NCBI GenBank assembly: GCA_040754955.1
Contig: JBFMCA010000011.1
Span: 543-64,542, forward strand
DNA: 64,000 nucleotides
Origin: Acidobacteriota bacterium
GTDB taxonomy: Bacteria; Acidobacteriota; Vicinamibacteria; Vicinamibacterales; UBA2999
Direction: 5' to 3'
This document shows positions 1 through 10,343 of the stretch, in pieces (position 1 is the first letter of the stretch; each line of letters starts with the position of its first letter). A program made the position numbers and the translations under genes. A model generated the notes under the pieces. The model was given only the letters and a program-made list of their open reading frames with translations, was not told the DNA's origin and did not search any database.

Positions 1-222
1 TGGGGAGACTGGCCGACCAAGCAGGAGGCTGCGGCGCGCGCGCCCAGCCGGACGCTGGGCACCGCCATCTCGACGGACGGCGGCCTCACCTGGACCGCCG
101 TTCGGCCGGCGGGTGAAGACCAGTCCCAGGGGCCGGCGACCGTCGCGGTTCGGGGCAACGTGGCCTACCTGATGTGGAAGTCCGGGAATCAGTTGCGCGT
201 GGCCGCGATCGTCGTCGAGTAG
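1..222 (+). CDS. BNR/sialidase-like repeat protein, C-terminal fragment (5' end outside window)
   Basis: Frame 1 is open from the window edge to TAG at 220-222. The translation ...GTAISTDGGLTWTAVRPAG...VAYLMWKSGNQLRVAAIVVE contains an SxDxGxTW Asp-box. Confidence 0.6.
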   Translation, partial: WGDWPTKQEAAARAPSRTLGTAISTDGGLTWTAVRPAGEDQSQGPATVAVRGNVAYLMWKSGNQLRVAAIVVE

Positions 223-345
223 CGCGCTCGTGCCATCACCGGCCTGGCCGCGGGCCGCGCCGCCCGCGCGGCGCCGCGCCATGCCGGCCGCGCCGTCCGC
301 CCTTGGGTGGGCTGGGCCGGATGAGACCGCGCTACACTACGGGTC

Positions 346-608
346 ATGAATCGGTTCGTTGGCCTGCCCGCAGGCGATCTCGTCAGCGAAGGGCTGGTCG
401 ACCTGCGCGAGGGTCGAGAGTCGGTGGCCGCGCTGCTCGTGTCGATAGGCGCACCGCGTCTCCGCAGTGCAGGCATCGATGTGCCGGTCGGTCTGCCCAT
501 CCCGAGCAGCGTTTGTACGCCCGGATGGCTGACGTGTTCGGCAACGCCGCCCACTCGCGCTACAACGCCCTGCTCCGTCGCTTGGTCAGTTTCGAGCGGG
601 CGCTCTGA
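346..608 (+). pseudogene. Conserved hypothetical gene with an apparent 1-nt frameshift near 505-512
   Basis: The N-terminal part MNRFVGLPAGDLVSEGLVDLREGRESVAALLVSIGAPRLRSAGIDVPVGLPIP is in the frame of ATG 346. The protein-like C-terminal part EQRLYARMADVFGNAAHSRYNALLRRLVSFERAL is in another frame and ends in a TGATG overlap with the next gene at 608. The switch falls in the C-run ctgcccatcccgag. Confidence 0.45.
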
Positions 609-924
609 TGCGGGCGCTCGTCGACGCGACCCGCGTCCGTGAGCTGATGCGCGCGCTGGGGCGGGCGGCCCAGCGACCGGCGCGCGTCTATCTGACCGGA
701 GGCGCCACCGCAGTCCTGCACGGCTGGCGTTCCTCCACCATCGACGTCGATCTCAAGTTCGTACCTGACGATGACGCCCTGCTCCGGGCGATTCCGGATC
801 TGAAGCGGCCGATGCCCTGCGCGCGGCGTTCGACGAGATCGAACCCCGGCTGTATCGCTACCCCGCCGTGAACCCCGACGCGTTCCGCCACGCCGTCGCG
901 GCCATGACCCGGGACTCGTCCTGA
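608..924 (+). pseudogene. Nucleotidyltransferase-like protein (YLTGG...DVDLKF type), internally deleted or frameshifted
   Basis: MRALVDATRVRELMRALGRAAQRPARVYLTGGATAVLHGWRSSTIDVDLKFVPDDDALLRAIPDLK reads well up to about 805. A second frame then gives AADALRAAFDEIEPRLYRYPAVNPDAFRHAVAAMTRDSS, ending TGA 922-924. The joined length is about 105 aa and lacks the central part expected for such proteins. Confidence 0.4.
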
Positions 925-974
925 GTCAGACGCCGGGGCCCGCTGCCGCGGCCCCGGGACGCGTCTGAACGGCA

Positions 975-1061
975 TGCCGGGGGTGGGAGTCGAACCCACA
1001 CGGCCCTTGTGGGGCCTCGGGATTTTAAGTCCCGTGCGTCTGCCAGTTTCGCCACCCCGGC
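975..1061 (-). tRNA. tRNA-Leu (anticodon UAA), class II with long variable arm
   Basis: The reverse complement is GCCGGGGTGGCGAAACTGGCAGACGCACGGGACTTAAAATCCCGAGGCCCCACAAGGGCCGTGTGGGTTCGACTCCCACCCCCGGCA. It folds with a 7-bp acceptor stem, anticodon stem CGGGA/TCCCG with loop CTTAAAA, variable stem GGCCC/GGGCC and a T-arm GTGGG-TTCGACT-CCCAC. No CCA is encoded. Confidence 0.93.
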
Positions 1062-1145
1062 GCGAGGACATTGTCACACGGGCTGGGGGCACGGGTGCCC
1101 CTGATGCAAGGGTGCCAAGGTGCACCCGTGCATCTCAGCCCCCCG

Positions 1146-1619
1146 TCAGTCCTTCACCAGTCGCTTGATCACCTGCACCTGCCCCGCGTGGTACAGGTCG
1201 TGCGCGGCGGCGCCGCGGATGAGGGCCGCAAAGGTGAACGCGCTCCCGGGCGCAGCCTGGCGGAGCCTCCGCGCGGGAAACGCGCGCACGGCGGCCATGA
1301 GCGCCTTGTGCTCGCTCGCCAGCAGCGCCACGTCCTCCTTCCACGCCGCCTCGGTCGCGGCCACCGGCCGCGGCCACCAGTTGCTGCCCTGCAGCGGAAA
1401 CGAGCCACGTGTCTCGCCGGTCAGCCGGCGGCGCACGGCGTACTTCCAATACGCGGCGTGCACGACCAGTTCCCAGATGTTGTGCCGCCCCTCGTCAGGC
1501 CTCCGCGCGGCCACCGCCGCCGACAGGCCACGAATCGAGCCGCGCAGGTTGGTCCCGTGCCACGACTTCCGGTCGTAGGCCTCGCTCAGCAGGTCAACCA
1601 GCAGGTCCACATCGCTCAT
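1146..1619 (-). CDS. DinB-family (DinB_2-like) metal-dependent protein
   Basis: 157 aa. It has DinB-like four-helix signatures (WHG...NIWELVVHAAYWKY...AAHDLYHAGQV). Confidence 0.75.
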   Translation of the reverse strand: MSDVDLLVDLLSEAYDRKSWHGTNLRGSIRGLSAAVAARRPDEGRHNIWELVVHAAYWKYAVRRRLTGETRGSFPLQGSNWWPRPVAATEAAWKEDVALLASEHKALMAAVRAFPARRLRQAAPGSAFTFAALIRGAAAHDLYHAGQVQVIKRLVKD

Positions 1620-1677
1620 GGTCCAGCGCCTCGTCCGCCATCGGGTACCGGGGCAGCGCGACGCCCCGGGGCCGGCC

Positions 1678-4600
1678 TCAGTCCTTCCAGATCGCCCCGA
1701 GCCCCATCTCCCACAGCCGGCGGTTGAGGGCGGGCAGTTCCTTCGCGGCCAGCTCGTCGGATCGCCCCTTGAGCGTCTGCCACATCACGCCCAGTTCCTC
1801 GAGCCGGTCGAGCGAGGAGCGGTTCACGCGCGGCAGGTCGCTCTCCGTCTGGTTGATCAGGAACAGGTAGTTCGCCGTGAACTTCTGCGCGAAGTTCTCC
1901 ACGTCGTCGTACGCACGGGTGCGACGCGAGACCATGTCCGCGTCCCAGGCCTTGAGCTTCGCGACGAGCGCTTCGCCGTCGCGCTTCACCGCGGCATACC
2001 GATCGCCGGGCGGCAACGTCTCGAGCAGCGATTCGAGCTGCTCGCGCTTCTCGTGCAGGCGATTGACCGTCTCGTGCATCGAGGTCAGCTCCCGCTCCAT
2101 CCTCGACATCACCTCGTGGTACATCCGGTAGTCGCCAGGCGTGATCTGATAGAGCGGGTTCGGCAGGATCTCGCCGTCCGCCGTCGCCGTGCGCGTGCCG
2201 GACTTCAGGATGAATCGATACCGGCCTGGGATGGCCTTGTGGCCGTTGTAGCTGCCCTCGATGTAGACGCCTGGCACGCCGCCAATGGTCTGGTGCCGCA
2301 TGTTCCACACGAAGCGGTTCAGGCCCGCGTACTTCGGCAGCAGCGGCTCGGCGTTCGGCCCGCCGTCCCACTTCTTGAACCCCTCGACGGCCTTCGACGA
2401 GAACGTGCGCACGGGCCTGCCCTCGGCGTCCTCGATCGCCAGCGTCACCTCCTCGTCTTTCGCCAGCTCGGGCAGGTGATAGTAGAGGACGATGCCGTTG
2501 GCGGGGTTGACGCCGCGGGTGGGATGCGCGCCGGTGAACTCGTCATCGGAGGCATCGAGCTCGCTGCTGCCGTTCGCCAGGTACGCGCTGCCGGGCTGAT
2601 ACAGGGTGAACGGCGCGGGGTTCGGACGGTACTGCCTGACGAGCGCCAGGTCGTCCAGGATCCAGAACGACCGGCCAGAGGTGGCGGCGATGAGGTTGTC
2701 CCGGTGAATCCGCAGGTCGGTGATCGGCGTGACCGGGAGGTTGAGCTGGAAGGGTGCCCAGTCCTGCCCGCCGTTCCAGGAGACGAAGAGGCCGAGCTCC
2801 GTTCCGGCAAACAGCAGGTCGCGGCGCACCGTGTCTTCGCGCACGACGCGGGTGAACGCGTTCCGAGGGATGCCGCGATCGATCCTGGTCCACGTCGCGC
2901 CGTAGTCCGTCGTCTTGTAGAGACCGGGCGTGTGGTCGTTGAACTTGTACCGCGTCGTCGCGACGTAGGCGGTCGCCCGGTCGAACGGGGAGATCTCGAC
3001 GGCGTTGACCAGGGTCTCCGCGAGTCCAGGCGGCGTCACGTTCTTCCACGTCGCGCCGCCGTCGCGAGTCAGGTGCACGAGGCCGTCGTCGCTGCCGGTC
3101 CAGATCACGCCCTTCTCGTGCGGTGATTCGGCGACATACGCGAGCGTGCCGTAGTTCTCGGCGCCGACGGCCTCGTTGGTGTACGGACCGCCCGGCGTGC
3201 CCTGCTTCTCCGCCTCGTTGCGCGTGAGATCGGGTGAGACCGGTGTCCAGGTACGGCCGAGGTCGGTCGTCTTCAGCAGCACCTGCGCGCCGTGGTAGTA
3301 GGCGTTGGGCTCGTGCCTGCTCCAGATGATGGGGGCGTTCCAGTTGTAGCGGTACTTCATGTCCTTCGCATCCATCCCGAGGTACTGGATGGGCGCAGCC
3401 ATGATGTTCGTGCCGGCGGACACGGTGGTGTCGAACACCTCGATCGTGCCCTGATAGCTGCCGCCGAGCACGACCCGCGGGTCGTCGGGATGGAACGCAA
3501 GGAACGCGCTCTCTCCGCCGGCCGACGGGCGCCAGCTCGCGGGGGTGATGCCGCTGCCGCCGAGCTCCCGGCTTGCAATGGCCAGCGACGTGTTGTCCTG
3601 CTGCCCGGCGTAGATGCGATAGGGGAACTGGTTGTCGACGTTGATGCGGTAGAGCTGCGCCGTCGGCATGTTGTCCTGCGAACTCCAGCTCTTCCCCCGG
3701 TCGAACGTCACGGCGGCGCCGCCGTCGTTCGCAAGAATGAAGTTGGCGGGATCGTTCGGGTTGATCCACTGGTCGTGGTGATCGCCGTGCGGCGTCGGCA
3801 TGACCGTCCAGGTCTTGCCGCCGTCGTCCGACCGCAGGAACGGCGCGCTCAGGACGTAGATGGTGTCGTCATCTCTGGGGTCGATCGCAATCTCGATGTA
3901 GTACCAGGCGCGCTGGACGAGCCGGGGATCGCTCGTCACCTGCGACCAGCTCTTGCCGGCATTCGTCGAGACGTACAGGCCGCGCTCGTCCTTCTGGGAG
4001 TCGCTCTCGATGAGCGCGTAGACCTTGTCGGGGTTCGCGCGGCTGACAGCGATGGCCATCTTCCCCATCTCCGTCGGCAGGCCGTTCGTGAGGCGCTCCC
4101 ACGTCTCGCCGCTGTCGGTGGACTTGTAGAGGCCGCTGCCGGTGCCGCCGCTGATGACCTTCCACGGCAGCCGGCCGTGTTCCCACATCGCCGCATAGAG
4201 GATGCGCGGGTTGTGCGCGTCGATGGACAGCTCGGCGGCGCCGGTGCGGTCGTTGACGAAGAGCACCTTCTTCCAGGTCGAGCCGCCGTCGGTCGACTTG
4301 AACAGGCCGCGCGCCTCGCTCGGCCCGTAGAGCGGCCCCTGGGCGGCCACCCACACGATGTCGGGGTCCTTCGGGTGGATGACAATCCGGGAGATGTGCT
4401 GGGTGGCGGCAAGGCCCACGTGCTGCCATGTCCGGCCGGCGTCGGTCGAGCGGTAGACGCCGTCTCCGTGGTGCGTCATGACCCCGCGGACCGCGTGCTC
4501 GCCCATGCCGACGAACACCACGTTCGGATCGCTTTCGGCCACCGTCACCGCACCCACGGAACCGGTCTTGAAGAACCCGTCCGAGACGTTCTTCCAGGTG

Positions 4601-4833
4601 ATGCCCCGGTCGACGGTCTTCCACAGCCCACCACCCGTCGTGCCCATGTAGTACGTGCTCGGGTCGCCGACCACGCCGGTGGCTGCGACGGAGCGGCCGC
4701 CGCGGAAGGGACCGATCGACCGCCACTTGAGCGGCTTGAAGAAGGCGTTGAGGTCAGGAGCGACTTGCGTGGAACCGACCGACCCGGCGGCGAGCGTGAA
4801 GGCGACCAGCAGGAGGGCAAACGAGCGTCTCAT
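1678..4833 (-). CDS. Secreted sortilin/VPS10-type BNR (Asp-box) repeat protein, glycosyl-hydrolase-like
   Basis: 1051 aa with an N-terminal signal peptide ([20 protein letters not shown]). Asp-boxes recur throughout ([82 protein letters not shown]). Confidence 0.88.
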   Translation of the reverse strand: MRRSFALLLVAFTLAAGSVGSTQVAPDLNAFFKPLKWRSIGPFRGGRSVAATGVVGDPSTYYMGTTGGGLWKTVDRGITWKNVSDGFFKTGSVGAVTVAESDPNVVFVGMGEHAVRGVMTHHGDGVYRSTDAGRTWQHVGLAATQHISRIVIHPKDPDIVWVAAQGPLYGPSEARGLFKSTDGGSTWKKVLFVNDRTGAAELSIDAHNPRILYAAMWEHGRLPWKVISGGTGSGLYKSTDSGETWERLTNGLPTEMGKMAIAVSRANPDKVYALIESDSQKDERGLYVSTNAGKSWSQVTSDPRLVQRAWYYIEIAIDPRDDDTIYVLSAPFLRSDDGGKTWTVMPTPHGDHHDQWINPNDPANFILANDGGAAVTFDRGKSWSSQDNMPTAQLYRINVDNQFPYRIYAGQQDNTSLAIASRELGGSGITPASWRPSAGGESAFLAFHPDDPRVVLGGSYQGTIEVFDTTVSAGTNIMAAPIQYLGMDAKDMKYRYNWNAPIIWSRHEPNAYYHGAQVLLKTTDLGRTWTPVSPDLTRNEAEKQGTPGGPYTNEAVGAENYGTLAYVAESPHEKGVIWTGSDDGLVHLTRDGGATWKNVTPPGLAETLVNAVEISPFDRATAYVATTRYKFNDHTPGLYKTTDYGATWTRIDRGIPRNAFTRVVREDTVRRDLLFAGTELGLFVSWNGGQDWAPFQLNLPVTPITDLRIHRDNLIAATSGRSFWILDDLALVRQYRPNPAPFTLYQPGSAYLANGSSELDASDDEFTGAHPTRGVNPANGIVLYYHLPELAKDEEVTLAIEDAEGRPVRTFSSKAVEGFKKWDGGPNAEPLLPKYAGLNRFVWNMRHQTIGGVPGVYIEGSYNGHKAIPGRYRFILKSGTRTATADGEILPNPLYQITPGDYRMYHEVMSRMERELTSMHETVNRLHEKREQLESLLETLPPGDRYAAVKRDGEALVAKLKAWDADMVSRRTRAYDDVENFAQKFTANYLFLINQTESDLPRVNRSSLDRLEELGVMWQTLKGRSDELAAKELPALNRRLWEMGLGAIWKD

Positions 4834-4841
4834 GGAGCCCG

Positions 4842-4847
4842 ATTATC
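4842..4847 (-). promoter_or_regulatory. -10-like hexamer GATAAT, 8 nt upstream of the ATG at 4833
   Basis: The minus strand reads CAGGATAATCGGGCTCCATG. There is no Shine-Dalgarno motif between the hexamer and the ATG. Confidence 0.3.
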
Positions 4848-4904
4848 CTGCCTTCGCTGGCCTGCCGTCCAACGGCCCTGGCCGGCGGATCGGCCGCGAG
4901 CGCC

Positions 4905-5072
4905 CACCGGATCGTCGACGGTGACCGCGAGGCCGGGCCGGCCGGCGGACGCATTTTCGACGAAGTCATCGCGGCGGCTGGCGTGAAAGGGAGGGTTGAC
5001 GAGATCCTCACCTGGAATGTTCGGCACTTCGCCGGGGCTGCCGTGGCCGCCGTCAGACCGCGGCGCGGCTGA
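4905..5072 (+). pseudogene. PIN-domain (VapC-like) toxin, C-terminal remnant
   Basis: The translation HRIVDGDREAGPAGGRIFDEVIAAAGVKGRVDEILTWNVRHFAGAAVAAVRPRRG* matches the VapC C-terminal pattern (hDAlIAA-A-G---LlT-N-rHF). There is no in-frame ATG, GTG or TTG between 4833 and 4980, and the N-terminal region would overlap the opposite-strand BNR gene. Confidence 0.4.
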
Positions 5073-5117
5073 GCGCACACCAGGGCGCCCGCTCCGCGGC
5101 TGACGGCCGCCCATGCA

Positions 5118-5258
5118 CGTGAACAGGCCGCGATTCGCCCGGACGACTGACTGCGACTTGATCGGAACGTGCCGTCGGCGTTCGACACCGTCTCCCGGAA
5201 GTTGCCTGTGTCCGGGTCGCGGGCCACCCGATCACGCCGGGCAAGACGCCGGGACCAT
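5118..5258 (-). pseudogene. Carboxypeptidase-regulatory-like (CarboxypepD_reg / TonB-receptor N-terminal) domain remnant, multiply frameshifted
   Basis: Three minus-strand frames give consecutive pieces: GPGVLPGVIG, VARDPDTGNFRETVSNADGTFR and IKSQSVVRANRGLFT. Together they resemble the lPGvtV-a-n-dTG--r-tvTdadG-Fr motif. No intact ORF is present. Confidence 0.35.
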
Positions 5259-5326
5259 GAATGGGGATCCCGAATCCGAGAAACATGACCTGACCTAATC
5301 GTAGTCCGCGGCGCCACGCGCAGCGG

Positions 5327-6751
5327 TTAGACCTGCCGGGTCGCCCATCCGCCGCGCCGGAACACCAGCCCGCCGACGACCGCCAGCGTCGAGAACGCCA
5401 CGGTCACCGCCACGTACACCCCCAGCGGGCCGAAGCCCAGCTGCAACGCCAGCCACCAGGCCAGCGGAATCTGCCACGCCCAGAAGCAGACGAAGTTCAG
5501 CCACGTGGGCGTCCACGTGTCCCCCGCCCCGTTGAACGCCTGCGTGAACACCAGGCCGTAGGCGAAGAACGGGAACCCTGCGCTCACGATCCGCAGGCAG
5601 TCCACCGCATGGCGCGCCACGACGGCATCGTCGGTGTAGAGCGCGACCATGTCCGGCGCGAACACGACGAAGACGAGCCCGATGCTGCCCAGGAACCACA
5701 GGTTGTAGCGGCCCGCGGTCCACACGGCTTCGCGCGCGCGCTCCGGCTTCTGCGCGCCGAGCCCCTGCCCCACCATCGTGCTGGCCGCGTTGCTCAGCCC
5801 CCACGCCGGCATGATGGCGAAGAGCACGGTGCGGATGCCGATGGTATACCCCGCCAGGGCGTCCGCGCCGAAAGTGGAGATGACGCGCACCAGGCCGATC
5901 CAGCTGCTCGTGTCGATGAGAATCTGGAAAAAGCCCGTCCCGGACAACCGCGCGACGGTCCACATCACCGACGGCATCACGCGCAGCTGGTGCCACGCCA
6001 CGCGCACGCGCCGCGACCCGCGCATCAGGATCCAGAGCTGCACCGCCACGGCCGCCCCGCGGCCGATGTTGGTCGCCACCGCGGCCCCGGTGATGCCCAG
6101 CTCGGGGAAGGGCCCCCATCCGAAGATGAGGCAGGGGTCGAGCACGATGTTGAGGCCGTTGGCCACCCACAGCATCCGCATGGCCGTGGCCGCGTCGCCC
6201 GCGCCGCGAAACACGGCGTTGATGAGGAACAGCAGCGTCACCGTGGCGTTGCCGCCGAGCATGACGCGCGTGTAGCCGGCGCTCCCCTCGATCATCTCGG
6301 GCGTCGCGCCCATGAGCGACAGCAGCCACTCGGCCTTCCACACGCCGAACACGCCGATGGCCGCCGCGACGACCGCGCCGAGCAGCACCGACTGCGCGGC
6401 AGCCTCGCCCGCCCCATCGGCGTCCTTCTCGCCTATGCGCCGAGCCACGACGGCCGTCGCCCCGATGCTGAGGCCCATCGCCACCGTGTAGACGATGGCG
6501 AGCATCGACTCGGTGAGGCCGACGGTGGCCACGGCCGCCGCGCCGAGCCGGGCGACGAAGTACACGTCGACCACGGCAAACAGCGACTCCATGCCCATCT
6601 CGAGCACCATCGGCACCGCGAGCACCAGGACGGCCTGCCCGACGGGGCCGGTGGTGTAGTCTCGCTCTGAGCCGGCAACCGCCTCGCGCGCCAGGCGCCA
6701 GAACTCACGGAGGCCGGCCCACCGCCCGGCCGCAACTGTGTGACTCGACAT
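5327..6751 (-). CDS. MATE family efflux transporter
   Basis: 474 aa, polytopic. The N-terminus is typical of MATE proteins (VLVLAVPMVLEMGMESLFAVVDVYFVARLG...) and the protein has a duplicated 6-TM architecture. Confidence 0.88.
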   Translation of the reverse strand: MSSHTVAAGRWAGLREFWRLAREAVAGSERDYTTGPVGQAVLVLAVPMVLEMGMESLFAVVDVYFVARLGAAAVATVGLTESMLAIVYTVAMGLSIGATAVVARRIGEKDADGAGEAAAQSVLLGAVVAAAIGVFGVWKAEWLLSLMGATPEMIEGSAGYTRVMLGGNATVTLLFLINAVFRGAGDAATAMRMLWVANGLNIVLDPCLIFGWGPFPELGITGAAVATNIGRGAAVAVQLWILMRGSRRVRVAWHQLRVMPSVMWTVARLSGTGFFQILIDTSSWIGLVRVISTFGADALAGYTIGIRTVLFAIMPAWGLSNAASTMVGQGLGAQKPERAREAVWTAGRYNLWFLGSIGLVFVVFAPDMVALYTDDAVVARHAVDCLRIVSAGFPFFAYGLVFTQAFNGAGDTWTPTWLNFVCFWAWQIPLAWWLALQLGFGPLGVYVAVTVAFSTLAVVGGLVFRRGGWATRQV

Positions 6752-6760
6752 ACACGTATC

Positions 6761-6803
6761 CCGGAGCCGGTGATGACGGGCCCACGACTCGGCCCGGCTC
6801 CGG
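6761..6803. promoter_or_regulatory. 10-bp inverted repeat CCGGAGCCGG / CCGGCTCCGG (23-nt spacer), 9 nt upstream of the MATE start
   Basis: Perfect arms at 6761-6770 and 6794-6803. On the minus strand the hairpin ends 9 nt before ATG 6751. There is no U-tract. Confidence 0.3.
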
Positions 6804-7078
6804 AGGACGAGTGCGGATCAGCTGATCAGGAAATCGCCGACAGGAAGATCCCCGCCCCGATGGCAATCGGGGTGTTCGGCGCGATGGTGGGCTTCTGGCG
6901 CTTCATCGTGGGACCAGCCTGAAGAGGGGCAGGACGTCGGAAGGCACTATTCTGCGCGATCATACGGCTCGGGCGCAAGCCTGTCTTTCGAAACCGTTCA
7001 CCATGCCTCCGCGGCGCCGTGACCGCGTCCCGACGGAGCAGCCTCCACGGAGACCCGGATCCACGGAGCAAGGCGGGG

Positions 7079-7447
7079 TTAATGCACTGTCGAGGCGGCC
7101 TGCGGCGGCACGCGGCCGACGACGCGGGCGATCATCGCGGAGAGCAGCGGCTCGTCGATGGCGAAGGGACCGGCGCTGGCGGTGCCCGTCACCATCTCGA
7201 GGTGCACGAGCACGCCGCCGCGATCGTCCGGGCTGACAATCCAGCTGAAGCCGCGCAGGGTCACGGTCGGGGGATCGCCGCCCGGGTTCTTCTCACGATC
7301 CATGGCGAGCAGCATCTCGGTGAGCAGGCGCCGGACGTCCTCGTCGGTCCACTGCCGCGCGTCGGCGGCGATACCAGCCAGGGGCAGCGTCGTGGCGTGA
7401 TTCGTGCCACGAATCCAGATGTCGACTTCCGGCGGCGTCATGGTCAC
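7079..7447 (-). CDS. Hypothetical protein (122 aa), last gene of the sigma54-regulator operon
   Basis: The ORF has protein-like composition. Its GTG start at 7447 overlaps the upstream TGA (GTGA); an alternative ATG lies at 7441. I recognise no family. Confidence 0.55.
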   Translation of the reverse strand: MTMTPPEVDIWIRGTNHATTLPLAGIAADARQWTDEDVRRLLTEMLLAMDREKNPGGDPPTVTLRGFSWIVSPDDRGGVLVHLEMVTGTASAGPFAIDEPLLSAMIARVVGRVPPQAASTVH

Positions 7448-8214
7448 TCATTCTCCCATCGCGGCGGGCGCTTGTCGATCCAGCTCTGGATCCCCTCGAC
7501 GGCGTCGCGCGTGGCGAGCAGCTCGTCGAGGTACTGGCGCTCGGCCGCGGCCAGCGCGGGCTCGGCCTGGGCGCGGAGCACGAGTCGCGCGGCCCGCGCG
7601 GCATGCGCGAGCGCCACCGCCGATCGCGGCGCGAAGTGCCGGTCGAACCATGCGGCGGCCGCCTCCCTCAGCGACGCCGCCGGGGCGGCGAGGGACACGA
7701 GCCCGGCGTCGTGCCAGTACCCCGCGGTCTGCCTATCGCCGGCCACCATGGCGCGCGCGGCGCGGGAGGCGCCCACGCGCGCGGGAAGGAGGGCCGCCGC
7801 CATCGGCGGAAACGCCGCCAGCCGCACCTCGGGCAAGCCGAACTCCGCATCGGCGTCGGCGAGGATGTCGTCGCAGGCCAGCGCGAGCTCGAACCCGCCG
7901 CCGAGGCACCGCCCGCGGACGAGGGCCGCCGTGGGCGCCGGGAAGGCCAGCAGGTCGCGCACGACCTGTATCATCGCCGGCAGCACCTCGGCCATCGGCG
8001 CGGGCAGATGCTCCTGGATCTTCGCGCCGTACGAGAAGTGGTCGCCCGCGCCCTCGAGGGTGATCCACTTCAGGCCCGGTGCGGACGCGGCCCGCGTCAG
8101 CGTCCCGGCCAGCTCGCGGATCATCGCGAGCGACAGCAGGTTGCCCGGCCGTTCGTCGAGCACCACGCGGAGCCAGGCGCCGCCCCGCTCCTCCTGGACG
8201 CGAACGCGGCTCAC
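7444..8214 (-). CDS. Enoyl-CoA hydratase/isomerase (crotonase) family protein
   Basis: It has a crotonase fold pattern ([21 protein letters not shown]...[10 protein letters not shown]...[11 protein letters not shown]...[11 protein letters not shown]). I place the start at the GTG overlapping the YyaL stop (CTGTGA), not at the 439-aa track ORF. Confidence 0.82.
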   Translation of the reverse strand: MSRVRVQEERGGAWLRVVLDERPGNLLSLAMIRELAGTLTRAASAPGLKWITLEGAGDHFSYGAKIQEHLPAPMAEVLPAMIQVVRDLLAFPAPTAALVRGRCLGGGFELALACDDILADADAEFGLPEVRLAAFPPMAAALLPARVGASRAARAMVAGDRQTAGYWHDAGLVSLAAPAASLREAAAAWFDRHFAPRSAVALAHAARAARLVLRAQAEPALAAAERQYLDELLATRDAVEGIQSWIDKRPPRWENE

Positions 8215-10343
8215 AGGGCCGCCGGATCCGTGACCGGCGCCTGACAGGTGAACTCGCGGCACACGTACGCGGCGGCGCGGCCGTCGACCGGCGTCATGGC
8301 GGCCACCCATGGCAGCCGCGCGGCGCGCCCATCCCGGGCCGAGGGGTCGACGGGCACGACCACGGCGAAGGGACGATACGCGCGGTGCGCCGCCGCCGCC
8401 AGCGCTCGTGTCCCGGCGTCGGCCGGGTCGCCGACGATCACGATCTGCTCCGTCGGCGCGAGGCGGTGGGCCAGCGCCGCCGCCATCCACGGCACGGCCC
8501 GACCCTGGTCGGCCAGGCGCGGCCCGTAGGAGCGGAGCGCGGCGTCGGCTCTCTCGCGAAACCGCGACTCGCCCGTCAGCTCCGCGAGCACGAGCAGATT
8601 CATGGCCGCCACCGAACCGGCGGAGGGCTCGGCGCCGTCGTACTCCTCTTTCATGCGCACGAGAACGGTCGGGTCGGTGCCGGTCGTGCTGTACCACCCC
8701 CCCGCCTCGGCGGCAAACAGCGCGTCGAGGCGGTCGTGCAGGGTAATGGCCCACTCGAGCCATGCCGGGTCGCCGTCGGCCTGGAAGAGCTCCAGCAGAC
8801 CGAACGCCAGGCAGGCGTAGTCCTCCGCATAGCCGTCGATAGCCGCCTGCCCGTCGCGATACCGCCGGAGCAGCACCTGCCGGCCTTCATCCCACAGCGC
8901 CTGGCGCGCGAAGCGTGCGGCGCGCTGGGCCGCCGCAAGATGGCGCGGGCCGGGGTCGCTGCCCACGTCCTGTCCGAGCGCGTCGCCGCCGGCCAGCACC
9001 CGAGACGCGCGGGCGCAGGCGGCAATCATGAGGCCGTTCCACGCCGTCAGCACCTTGTCGTCGAGGTGGGGGCGCGGCCGGCTGGCCCGCGCCTCGAACA
9101 GCCGCTGCCGGGCGCGCGTCAGGGCCTCGGCCACCTCTTCCGGCGTCCGATCCGTCTCGCGGGCCACCTCGGCGATGCCGCGCGCGGTGTACAGCAGGTT
9201 CCTGCCGCTGAACTCGTTGTGCGGGTCGAACGGCGCGTTGCCGTCCGGGAGCAGCCCGTACCGCAGCTCGAAGACGCGGCTGTCGTCGCCCAGCCGCGCG
9301 CGCACCTCGTCGACGCTCCAGATGTAGAAGGCGCCCTCGCTCTTGCGCGCGCCGGGCGACCCGGCCTGCTCCAGCGGCACGCTGTCGGCGTCCTCCGCCG
9401 AGTAGAACCCGCCGCCTTCGTCGGTCATCTCGCGCTCGACGTACTGCAGCGTGTCCTCGGCCACCTGCGCGAAGAACGGGTCGCCGGCAGCCTGCGCCGC
9501 CTCGAGGTACGCGAGCACGAGCTGCGCCTGGTCGTACAGCATCTTCTCGAAGTGCGGCACGCGCCAGGCGCCGTCGACCGAGTAGCGATGGAAGCCCCCG
9601 CCGATGTGGTCGCGCAGGCCGCCGAGCGCCATGGCGCGGAGCGTCGCCACGACCATGTCGCGAGCCACGGTGTCGCCGGTGCGCGCGAACTCGCGGAGCA
9701 GGAAGAGGAGCTCGCTCGGCCGCGGGAACTTGGGCTCGCCGCCGAAGCCGCCGCGCCGCGCGTCGAAGGCCTGCCGGAACTGGTGCACCGTCATCGCGAG
9801 CGCGCCGGCGTCGGGCAGCGCCGCGCCGGCACCGGCATCGCTCGCCGCCAGATCGACGAGACGCGCGAGGATCGCGGCCGCCGACTGCGCCACGTGCTCG
9901 CGTTCGCGGGTCCAGGCCCGCGCAATCTCCGCCAGCACGTCGCGAAACCCCGGGCGCCCCCACTGCGATGCGGGCGGGAAGTACGTCCCCCCGTAGAACG
10001 GCCGCAGCTCAGGCGTCAGCCACACGCTCATCGGCCAGCCGCCGGCCCCCGTCGTTGCCTGCACGAAGGCCATGTAGACGCGGTCCACGTCGGGCCGCTC
10101 TTCCCGATCCACCTTCACCGAGACGAAGTGCTCGTTCAGGACGGCGGCGGTCGCCTCGTCCTCGAACGACTCGTGCTCCATGACGTGGCACCAGTGGCAC
10201 GTCGAGTAGCCGATGGAGAGGAAGATGGGCTTGTCTTCCGCCCGCGCACGGGCGAATGCCTCCTCGCCCCACGGGTACCAATCCACCGGGTTGGCGGCGT
10301 GCTGCAGCAGGTAGGGGCTCCGTTCGGCAGCCAGACGGTTCAC
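8211..10343 (-). CDS. Thioredoxin-domain protein, DUF255/YyaL (SSP411-like) family
   Basis: [61 protein letters not shown] is followed by an (alpha/alpha)6-like C-terminal region. The GTG start at 10343 overlaps the YihY stop (GTGA). Confidence 0.88.
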   Translation of the reverse strand: MNRLAAERSPYLLQHAANPVDWYPWGEEAFARARAEDKPIFLSIGYSTCHWCHVMEHESFEDEATAAVLNEHFVSVKVDREERPDVDRVYMAFVQATTGAGGWPMSVWLTPELRPFYGGTYFPPASQWGRPGFRDVLAEIARAWTREREHVAQSAAAILARLVDLAASDAGAGAALPDAGALAMTVHQFRQAFDARRGGFGGEPKFPRPSELLFLLREFARTGDTVARDMVVATLRAMALGGLRDHIGGGFHRYSVDGAWRVPHFEKMLYDQAQLVLAYLEAAQAAGDPFFAQVAEDTLQYVEREMTDEGGGFYSAEDADSVPLEQAGSPGARKSEGAFYIWSVDEVRARLGDDSRVFELRYGLLPDGNAPFDPHNEFSGRNLLYTARGIAEVARETDRTPEEVAEALTRARQRLFEARASRPRPHLDDKVLTAWNGLMIAACARASRVLAGGDALGQDVGSDPGPRHLAAAQRAARFARQALWDEGRQVLLRRYRDGQAAIDGYAEDYACLAFGLLELFQADGDPAWLEWAITLHDRLDALFAAEAGGWYSTTGTDPTVLVRMKEEYDGAEPSAGSVAAMNLLVLAELTGESRFRERADAALRSYGPRLADQGRAVPWMAAALAHRLAPTEQIVIVGDPADAGTRALAAAAHRAYRPFAVVVPVDPSARDGRAARLPWVAAMTPVDGRAAAYVCREFTCQAPVTDPAAL

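Noticed and set aside
6826-6906. A 26-aa ORF, MKRQKPTIAPNTPIAIGAGIFLSAIS, upstream of the MATE gene
   Set aside because: It has no Shine-Dalgarno motif, no convincing -10 and no recognisable family. It is too short to support from sequence alone.
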